A stretch of DNA of 62,440 bases, filler included, from Choristocarpus tenellus KU-1152 (Eukaryota > Protista > Phaeophyceae), in the NCBI GenBank assembly GCA_964200185.2. It is 12 parts of 12 records of this genome, joined end to end, with 100 filler letters (N's around TTAATTAATTAA, not from the genome) between each part and the next. Parts side by side here need not be neighbours in the genome. Positions count along the whole stretch, not along the records: positions 50,935 to 54,703 come from CAXNAD020018031.1; positions 54,804 to 57,653 come from CAXNAD020024213.1; positions 57,754 to 62,440 come from CAXNAD020013465.1; 9 more parts are not named here. One strand, written 5' to 3'. Below the pieces are notes generated by a model, which was given only the letters and a program-made list of their open reading frames with translations, did not search any database and was not told the origin of the DNA. Below, piece by piece: positions 52,951 to 62,440 of this stretch (position 1 is the stretch's first letter; the number at the start of each line of letters is the position of its first letter). The translations under genes were made by a program, and so were the position numbers.

Positions 52951-53059
52951 ATTTGTTTCACCCCCCCACCCCTGCCACTGCACCTGCTCCATTGTGTCCC
53001 TCAACTAGTGAATTCATACTTGCCCATCCCCCCGCCTCTGCCTCTGCCCCTATCCCTGA

Positions 53060-53316
53060 GATCCAAAGTATCTTAGAGGGTAGGGTCACATCTATTTGGG
53101 GGCCAAAATCCAATGTTGCGATTTTGATGTAATTTTGGCTGTTGTGTTTGTTAGGAAGTGTCAATATCCCTGTACCGAACACACCTTTTCATAACGTATA
53201 TATCTTACCTACTCCGAAACATTTTGGAATAGGAAATTGTCATAAAAAACCTCATAGGAAGCCAAGCCCCAAATGGACAAACAGCAAAGCTCGTACCCTC
53301 TAAAACATTTTCACTC
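53060..53316. mobile_element. MITE subfamily B, inverted relative to 38176-38434
   Basis: GATCCAAAGTATCTTAGAGGGTAG ... GTACCCTCTAAAACATTTTCACTC, with full-length internal similarity. Confidence 0.85.
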
Positions 53317-55203
53317 TGACCTCGTCATCATTCCTTCCATCACCCCCAAGCAACGTACTTACGACGATGCCAACGACCAACCCTTCTGCATACTATAGGC
53401 GACGTAATATGGCTCCGCCAAGGATATTCTCCATGGGACTCTAGTTTAGGGATGAATACGTCCTAATTGATGACCTGGCAGCATAGCAGGCCCGAACAAC
53501 AAGTACGAGGAAGTCAATGAGTAGAGGATGCAGGTGGTTTATCATCGCTACAACTACTGCGTCATCTGGCTTGGACCATGCTCCTTACCCACTAACAACC
53601 CCATATTCCTCATCCCTTAAGCCTCTACTTAGACCACCTTCCTCGACACCTTCAGCCACTACTCCAAGCATTTTTTTCCCCATTTTCCTATTTTATCGAT
53701 ACGCTTCCCTCTACATCTGCTCCTGTCACGGCATCTATCACATTGCAATCTCACTCACCAGATTCATGCCATTTCCATCCTATCCGCACCCCTTTTTTTC
53801 CCATCGTACCCTGCACTTCATCCACGGTCTGCTCATCTGATCCTGCTCTCATCCGTTCACCATCGACACCCCCAACGCCTATGCTGCTGATTCCTATTGA
53901 GCAAGTACTCCTGACCTTTTCCAGTCTAAGTCGGACCACGCTTCCATCTCCCTAGCCACCTAGCCCACCACGATCACCTAGCCCACCACGATCCATCCCA
54001 CCGTCGTCCTACCCAACAAAACATAAGAGGGCATGCAACTCGCCTTAACGCACCCTAGGCATAACACACTCTTCAACTTCCCCCTCCCTCTTGCATTGGT
54101 TCGAAGACTCCATCTCCAATTATAATCACGGTACTTCCTCTTCATGGCAACCTGGTCTACAGGTTGTGGAAGAAGCATATGTCCGTCTGGCCTCACTCCG
54201 GAACCTGTTGTTGTTGGTGTCTTCATGGTAGTCTACCTCAGCACAGTAGTGAAGGTAATCGAATTCTAAACCTCAACCACATCAATGTCACCAACGTCTT
54301 CAAGTTCAAAGCCATTGTCCCACCAACATATATTTTTAGATGTGTTACGGAGAAAGAAAAAAACATACCACAAAAAGTGAGAGTTTATGAAGTAAACTGA
54401 GTTTTGTGGGCGGGAGAATTCTGGTTGGCTGGGGGCACAGGACAAGAATGTGGGGATAAAAAAGAAAGAAGAGAATGAAAAGTTAAGGAAGGAACGAGAG
54501 AGTTAATGAAATCGAGGGGTAGAAACAGAGGATAGCAGTCAGGAAATTAAGGGGTACGAGATAAGGAGAGAAGGATGAGGCAACCTCCGAGCAAGCTTCT
54601 CGCCGGAGTGGATCAAGACATAACCTGAACAATCTTTCCGAAAGCTGGAAGGGAGAAAGGTCCGAAGGAAGGGGCGGGGATGCTTGAGAAACGGATACGG
54701 AAANNNNNNNNNNNNNNNNNNNNNNNNNNNNNNNNNNNNNNNNNNNNTTAATTAATTAANNNNNNNNNNNNNNNNNNNNNNNNNNNNNNNNNNNNNNNNN
54801 NNNGATAAGCAAACAAGTAAAGCAACATTCATGCAAGGGACAGATATGGTCATTGGGCATGGTTGGAGATGGGGCAATGAAACTGAAATGTACGTGTTAA
54901 GTGTGATTGGGGATAGGCTAGAGCTTCCTTTTAAGGTATACTGATGCACTCTCTGGGATGCACTGTTATTTGATCGTGAATATGTCAACATAACAATCAA
55001 ACATGATGTCTCTTACCCTTGTGAACAAAGATGCATGAATCATGACCTCATACACTGACATGTGGAAACCACTTGCTCTCTCTTGCCTGTACTTGTCTGT
55101 ACTTGCCTGTTCCCATGTTTATCCGTTCCCCTCCATCTTTTGACATGTTGTTCACCCACTGATCCACCCCCACCCCCTTGCCCCCAACCAGACCTACTAC
55201 CAG

Positions 55204-57494
55204 GTGTGTCGCCGCTGGACCATTGCAGTCTTCCAGCACATCAATGAGAACGACTTCATGATTGCCCTCACGGGTGTCAGCTCGTTGGAGCTGTTCGAGG
55301 CATCTGAATATGCATCTGAATATGCTTCCGAATACTCCGATACTACTTCTCAAAGGAGACTTAAGGGTTCATACGATGGATGCTTGACTTCTGTTAATGC
55401 AGCTATAGATGTTGTGTTTTCAACGGTGGCAGTGCCAGCATTTGAGAGTGCCCTCCCACCTGTGGTCCGTCTATTGGATGGAGAGTTTCTCCCCATGGAC
55501 GAGGTGGGTCTCAAATCAGTGGTTTGATGGTGTACGAAAATAGGTGGAGGGTGTTTGATCGGGAAATCTATGTACTGTAGGTATTGGTTGTGCGATGGAA
55601 TGGTGATAGAGATGTGGGTGTTGAAATGAAAAGGGGTGGAGTAAGGTCAGGGGACCTACAACAGTGGAGTGTCTACTTGAAGACTTTGTTTTGTGGTGTG
55701 CTTAGTAGGGAGTGTGTGAAAATGGATGGATAAATCTATTGCACTCTGCCTTCTGGAGTCTGGTACAATGGTCAAAATGACCAAGACTTGTGCAACTTGT
55801 GAGGTGAAGACAGTACAGCATGTGGTCCCTCTTGTCACTCCTTGTGCCCCTGTTGTCTTTCTCGTGATTGCCCAGGACTTGATAGCCCTTGACGCTGCCA
55901 GTCTGGATATCTCGGGTCTTTTTGAAAGGAATGGTCTGAGTCCATTCCTGCGTGGAGCACTCTTCTCCAGATCGTTGAGCATTGATGCTTCCTTTGCGGA
56001 GGAGGTGTCAAATTCATCACCCCTGTTCATGCTTCCTGTCGCTGCTGTGCAGAGGGGTCGTGACCATGGTAAGTTTCTTGTGGATCGTACAGGGTGTGAC
56101 TAATGTGCTCTGGGGGTCTGAGGGAGGGGAATTCACTGACTTTTTGAACTCGTATTGTGCCCATGCTTGTCTCCTCTCCTTGCACTTCTATTACAGTGAC
56201 AAACTATTGTTGCAGAGCGGTATATGTGTATGTCCTTATTCTGTCCCTCACAAGAATTGCAAGTACCCACCTTTGATTGAAGCTCAGTTATGTGGAAAAT
56301 ATTCATAATTCCTCCCCACTCTCACCGCTGTGATCAGGATGGACTTGGATATATGAATACATTCTTGTTCTTGAATGTGTGCTGTAAATATTTTAACAGG
56401 TGTGCCATCATACAATGATGCTCGTGAGGCCTACAACCTCACGAGGGTGACTTCATTTGATCAGATTACCAGTGACACCGCCATGCAGGAGCTGCTGCGT
56501 GCATCATACGAACAAAACCCCGATGAAGTGGACGCCTTCACTGGTGCTCTTGCAGAGGACCCTGTCTCAAATCGTCTGGGGGCCCTTTTGCAGGCATGGG
56601 AGGGGAAGGGGGGGCAGATAGGAGTGGGTGCGGGGGGGGGGGGGGGGGGGGGGGGGGGGTGGGGGGTAGTTTTCTGTTTTGTAGGTGTTTTTTTTTTTTG
56701 TGTGGGGGTTTTTTTTTGTGGTGGTTTTTTTTTNNNNNNNNNNGGGGGGGTTGGGGGAGATGGTTGAGTGCAATTTACTGTTTTGAAGGTCATTGTTACA
56801 ATTGTGATGGGTCTTTATATTTCGGCTGGCTTTTTTTTTTTTTAATACAGAGTCATGGAGTCTTAAGCTGAGTCATAGGAAAATCATGTTACACACGACT
56901 TACGAATATGAAAGTCGTGGCATCTCTAGATTATAATTCCAGCTTTAACGCAAGGGGTGTTTGTTACTTTTGACAAAAAGGTGTGTTGGTAGTGATTGAA
57001 TCGCCAATAATATTTCAAAGGATTGAGATGGGTCAAAATGTACTATGGAGGGGAAAATTTGAATTGAGGATCTCTTGTGCATATGCAGGCTCTGCTTACG
57101 GAGGGATCCTTGTGGTGCTTGGCTTGACACCGTTTGACTTTCTGGCTGCATTGTCAGTGATTCCAATCCCTGCCTTGAATGCACGAGCTCTCTTAGTCCA
57201 CTTGTCCACGTGCCCTTTTGCACCTGTGTCCAACTTGTGGAATGCTGAGTAGACGGTGTTTGAGGAGCAGCTGCTGCGTAGCTATCTAGGGGACTGCTTC
57301 TACCATGATCACGATATTGCCTTTGAGGATGTGGAGAACACGACTCTGTCAGAACTGATCAAGCGCAACACGGACATCACCTTCCTTCCAAGCAGCGTCT
57401 GGAACTCTCCTGAATATCTTCTATCGCAGAATTGTTCTATTACGAACTCTGGCTCTACAGTCGGCGGGCAAGTCGAGGTTGTCCTCTCTGGAAG
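55204..57494 (+). CDS. Animal-type heme peroxidase (peroxidase-cyclooxygenase superfamily) domain protein, proximal His apparently lost (partial, 4 exons)
   Basis: Exons 55204-55503, 55876-56068, 56400-56593 (GC donor) and 57253-57494. Motifs RRWTIAVFQHI, VQRGRDHGVPSYNDAR, VDAFTGALAE, EQLLRSYLGDCFY and TLSELIKRNT. Confidence 0.88.
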
Positions 57495-58059
57495 GTGAAG
57501 CGCCACCTGCCTTGTCTGATGAATGCCAACCGCTGCTGGTTGTGCACGGGGGGTAGACATGGATGGGGTTGGGGGAGGGGGGGGGGGGGGGGGCCTTTGG
57601 GTTTTGGTGGGGGTCCGGGTGGGGGGGCGGTTGGGGCTTTTGGGCTGCTTTGTNNNNNNNNNNNNNNNNNNNNNNNNNNNNNNNNNNNNNNNNNNNNTTA
57701 ATTAATTAANNNNNNNNNNNNNNNNNNNNNNNNNNNNNNNNNNNNNNNNNNNNATCACATACATTCAATTATAGATTAGAACATATCTGATAATGATGCT
57801 AGCAGCAAGTAGTAGTGGCTCTCAGCGTTGTCTGTTGTGTCCTGTTCAATGTATACATACTTTTTTTCCGTTACCAATAACAATGTTGAAGAGTAGTAGG
57901 TAGATGCCGCCTAGTATGGTACAAAGTTTGGCCGCTACGTACATACATACCACCTCTAACAAGAAAGATGATCACGATATTATCTTATCAACCTGGATAA
58001 CTTCTTCTTCTTCTTCTTCTTCCTATTATTAGTAAGCGTGCCAAAACTACACGACGGCA

Positions 58060-58119
58060 ATACATGAAAAAATTGCCCCCAAATGGACAGCCGCCACCCC
58101 CTTCCACATACTTTGAGCC
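58060..58119. mobile_element. MITE subfamily A end fragment; similar TIR ends at 1-19, 28692-28719, 40079-40134 and 62416-62440
   Basis: CCAAATGGACAGCCGCCACCCCCTTCCACATACTTTGAGCC is the approximate reverse complement of the left end of 6016-6196. Confidence 0.65.
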
Positions 58120-58297
58120 TCATGTTCGTGTCCCTTACCTTTTATAAGTTCAAAACATGTACTCGTATATTATCCTGTATATCGGTTATCATTAGTCACA
58201 TTTTGCGCATCGGTACTACCACCCATGTGTTAAAAAATGACAAATATTTGTCGGTACGGCTCATCCTGTCAAGAATGTGCTTTCTATTCTGTGCAAG

Positions 58298-59060
58298 AGT
58301 GGAATGATGTTGTTTTGATCCGGGACCATATAAGGTTGAGCTGTGCCAAGTTTGATGCAACGAAATGGACTAAGAGAGAAGTCCAAGAAGCCAATATGGC
58401 TATGGCGGCTTTCGTGATGGATTTTGGTGTACTTACACAACAGATTGCTGCCAACTATGACAGTCCATCCGAGGCGTTTGGGGTATTAAGGAACGATTTC
58501 ACGCGTGATGGTAATACGGAAAGAGCCATTTTGCTGTTCAACCTAAATTATCTTTATCTGTCTGTAACTATATTATTATTATGCCGTTGGGAAAGCTGAT
58601 GAAGAAGATGAGGTTTTTTGATGATGAGCCTAGTGAGGAGGCCCATTTAAACGCAACTCAAAGTAGACTTGCTGAGGAGTACTTTGTCGAGATCAGACAG
58701 ACTACTGGAAGAGGGCGTGCAGGTAGACTTGATCTTCAAAGGAGAGCTTGTGAGACATACAGGATACCGAAACGTCAACAAGACAGATGGAGGGAAAGTA
58801 ATATCGGGGCACTTATATCTGGAGGAACACTGTGTGAGCAGTGGCACTACAGGTTGGCGACGGGGTTGACAACCAGGGCGTGTGGAGTGCTGGATATGTG
58901 GAGGATCGCGCCTTCAATCTTCTTGCCCTTCTCTTTGTGCAATTAACCTTGGAAAGTATTGCTATTTGATCAGTAGTGAAGACAAGAAGGTGTGGAGTCT
59001 CAAACATTTACCCAATGCTGAATATGTTTACATGATTGAAAAGAAGAGTGACCTTATGGG
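58298..59060 (+). pseudogene. Frameshifted ORF remnants with a degenerate zinc knuckle, origin unknown
   Basis: Protein-like segments in changing frames, including CWICGGSRLQSSCP (C-x2-C-x3-[H>R]-x4-C). Confidence 0.25.
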
Positions 59061-61109
59061 GTGTCTACTTATTGCTTTTATATTATTATTTGTGGCTCAG
59101 ATGTAAGTCAACGGTTACGTCAGAGAATATTATATTTGCAATGCAAAACCCCATACATAACCCGGATGTACCATCTCATTAGTTACATCACATGGGCTTC
59201 ATCCAATGCCATAATCTCACATACACAAAACAGGGTACACCTTACGATTGTTCTATTTTTCCACACTCTTGCTTCCTTGCATTCTAGATCATTCACGCAG
59301 GTTCTTACTATTTTTGTGGAGTGACAGGGCGCAAGGCTTACAGGTGCCCTAATCGTGGGGTCATTAGGGTGACTAGGCAAGGATCAAGTCATTCTGGATC
59401 AACCATCTGAAGAAAGGGGAGAAATGGGAAAGGAAAAAGGGAACTTAACGGTAACAATGCTGTTGAAGCTGGAGATGGGGAAAGCAAAGCAAAGCAAATG
59501 GTACTCCAGTACAGCTTGGTGTATTTCCTTCTATTCAAAAAGGGAAGCAGTGAGGTAGAGACTCATGAGGGGAAAATTCTTTGCAATAACCCCTTCTTTT
59601 GGTGGACCTGGATTGTAGTTTAATAAGACATTCGGAACGAATCGTGGATTGTTTACTTTGACAATCAGCGGAAGACCCTAGTGACATTTTACTGACCCAA
59701 ACACAAAACGATCACCTGATCTACGAGACATGACAATGAGGATTTGCTGCTTCTCTTCGTCGAGCATGGGTACGGTTCAGTACCGAGTAGTGTTGACACA
59801 CTGATCGCATATGTACTGCTCTGCATGATATATGAGCATGACTTACCGTTTCAGTATGAGTAAATATGGTAAGGTTGATCCCGGAAATGAGAAGATACTA
59901 TTTAATATACAAACTCAGTATGCGCATACATAATTTTCTCAGAATTAGACTTAGGTCTCTTTTATTTTTCTCACAGAAGAAATAATAATGGTGTATAATA
60001 TTTTTATTTGATTGGTAGGGCTCCCTCTTAGACTATGAAGTCGTTTTGCAATATGTATACTTCCTTACACAACTGGATGGAGCATACAACCTTAACACCT
60101 ACAATCTTCACAAGGTAACAAGCTTCTACACAGAGCACGTATCATTTCCTTTGAATTGGGACCGATAGGTGACAATGAGGTGAGCGAGCCACTTGAACGA
60201 AGGGGGACTTCGTCCTAGGCATCCCAATATATACCCACTTTGACATTTTCACAAGGTTTTTAACCTCATCAAGTGCGACTTGGTCGGCTATGCACTGGTG
60301 ATCCTCCACAGTCATGACAACCCACCATCTCAAAGTTTGCACACTTCCCAATCTGTATGAGAACAAAGTCTCGTCCAGAGGGTTTATCACATGGGTCGTT
60401 CCCTGGCAAGGACAGACCTTGCAAAAGTTATTTTACATATTATTCCGAACGGAGTATGTACTGCATCAAAACGTACATATATATACTCTGCTTCTTGAAA
60501 CAGTTGGAGAATCGGCTCAGAGACAAAGAAACTCCATTACAGCACCTAGTACCTGAATCGACTGTGCATCATTGCCTGTAGGTATTGCAATATAATCTAT
60601 ACAACAAATTCGACCTATTCCCTTTAAGCATGGCCAATGGCTGTCCTCATCATGGCACCAATACATGCTGTCGTATATATGAGCATAATATGCAATGTCA
60701 CAAAGTACATTTCTAAAACGTGTGGTACTCGTGACCATCTAGTTACAGTTATTTAATACTCCCAGCTTTACATGCATACTGAGGGCCGAATCTCACTGCA
60801 CATATAGCTCTACTACCTCTCTTCCTCCCCTCAGTAGGCAGATATCCCTATCACACCTACCTTTTCCTCTTCCACATTCTGAGCACTTGAGAACTGTACA
60901 CGGGATGATGCATTGGAGATGCATTCCATACATCACCACATACAGGTAGGGTGTCCACAGCGACTATAAAGCCTGCAGCAGGCAACACCTTCACTTTGTT
61001 GTACATCTTTTCCGACTGTCCATTTCCCTCCAGTACTACAACAAAAGGTTCAAATTTAACCCTAAACATTCGCTGAGAGCACAGTAAAAAAAGCACAGAC
61101 TTCCCAACA

Positions 61110-61972
61110 TCAAATCCATTTCTGTCGCCTGTACAACGTGAAGACTGTGATGGCCAGCAGCGCCACCAAACCCCAAAAAGATGCATACGAATACCTGTCG
61201 GTAAGGTAGGATTAGTGCACGGTGACATCACATGATAGGTGACAGTACACTATCAGGCAGCAATGGCAAAAAGGCAAGGCCCAGAATCATCGATCTTGAT
61301 CATAGATGCTCTAATGAAAGGGTGGACAAAGATGCTTAATCCACACTTCAGAACCTTGCTAGGGTGGAGGACACTGTGTCAACGATTAATTGATTAAAGG
61401 TACTGTAGAATAGCCCCCAAAAGGTGCCTTGATCAAACAAGAACAGTGAGTTATCAGGGATATCGAGTATCAACACAAAAGAAAATGTTGACTCACTCCA
61501 CTAAATTTATGAAAGGATAGGGGAAGTAACGTTAGCAAAACGAGCCCACTCTTCCCAAAGTGTTGTGTCACAAGTCCACATGATAATAGCAGCAAGACAA
61601 CGATAGACTGTCCTTATTTGGATACTCCTTAACCACTATCTACCTACAAGCACATGGTAGCACGGTCATACAAAAATATGGATTCTTCACACAACTATAT
61701 ATGTAGGTCTGTTTTGTGTCTATTCTCTTCCCTCATAATTGGAGGTCCAGGTGTCCAAGTGCTGTAAAAAAATTCTCAGCGATTCATACAACAAACACAA
61801 GACTTGGACTCAAACTCCTGCGCCTGCAACTCCTTCAGTTCCCTTCTCTATCCTCCAAACCGTAATATTACATATTGCAGTATGTAAAATATGCATCCAA
61901 CTCGTATTTGCAAATCACATTTCTGCTCATCCTCACCTCCAGTTCAACTCCGGCATAAATTTGAAGTTCATT
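61110..61972 (-). CDS. corA: CorA-family Mg2+ transporter, last two exons
   Basis: A 36-nt exon at 61972-61937 and terminal exon 61194-61110 join in phase 2: (G)MNFKFMPELNWRYSYASFWGLVALLAITVFTLYRRQKWI*. This is the GMN, MPEL and last TM signature. It is absent from the ORF track. Confidence 0.9.
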
Positions 61973-62440
61973 CTTGATTCACAACAATCAACGGGTACAG
62001 CAGCACAAAAACATGCAGGAAAAAAACATTAAACGTTAACAGGGAAATAGAAAGAAAACGAGCCTTGGTGCCTTGTTAGTTGCAGTATATAGTGCAGTAC
62101 GTAGTACAGTGAGAGTACATGTCATGACCGGTACTAGGAACAACACAATTTAGATGAACAATGGAGTGAGTGTATGCTTGTGTGTATGCGTGGCTAAGTG
62201 ACCTCATTCATATGTACCCTGTTCTGAGTATATTATGTTTGTGAGTACATGATTTGGTGTGGAATCCTTCACAAAACATGGACTCAGGCCACTGCATAGT
62301 GCGATGCCCAGGGGATAAGAAGATAGTGACAAGCCAAGAACTGGGTGATCAAGGGGCACAGCAAGGGACCACAGGTAACACACATACACAGACATGCATA
62401 TATCTCACTAAAAAAGGCTCAAAGTATCTGTGAGGGGGTG

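Noticed and set aside
52248-53132. 294-aa ORF as a gene
   Set aside because: No recognisable domain, it runs into a MITE at 53060 and overlaps probable TE debris.
56594-56760. Gly-rich and Phe-rich extension of the peroxidase ORF
   Set aside because: It is a poly-G tract followed by low-quality sequence and an N gap. Family spacing is restored by splicing at 56593.
60142-61100. Minus-strand ORFs at 60142, 60517 and 60857 as a transposase
   Set aside because: No catalytic motif. They lie just past the corA stop and are probably 3' UTR or intergenic.

Overview
This is not one locus. It is 12 short eukaryotic contigs (about 2.8-11 kb) joined by identical artificial 100-nt spacers (N44-TTAATTAATTAA-N44), so neighbourhood is only meaningful within a contig. 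The DNA is intron-rich, with GT-AG introns, two likely GC-AG introns and TTAGGG repeats. An EsV-1-7-repeat gene points to a photosynthetic stramenopile, probably a brown alga (inference). Spliced gene fragments rebuilt by hand with consistent intron phases: a TBC/Rab-GAP exon, a Diaphanous-type formin GBD/FH3 region, a coiled-coil protein running into an ATRX-like ADD finger and placed head-to-head with an FHA-domain gene, a multi-EF-hand protein, a single-pass membrane protein with a long Tyr/Ser-repeat tail, an EsV-1-7 repeat protein, a DHHC palmitoyltransferase, the gamma-adaptin hinge/ear, an animal-type heme peroxidase domain lacking the proximal His, and the C-terminus of a CorA Mg2+ transporter. 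Mobile DNA: a decayed CRE-like non-LTR retrotransposon, three related MITE subfamilies sharing a GRSYSAAAGTA-like terminus, and a roughly 300-bp-arm inverted repeat. I see no complete novel multi-gene system. The best leads are the His-less peroxidase, the receptor-like membrane protein, the EsV-1-7 gene and the MITE family. All family calls come from motif recognition by eye, not database searches.
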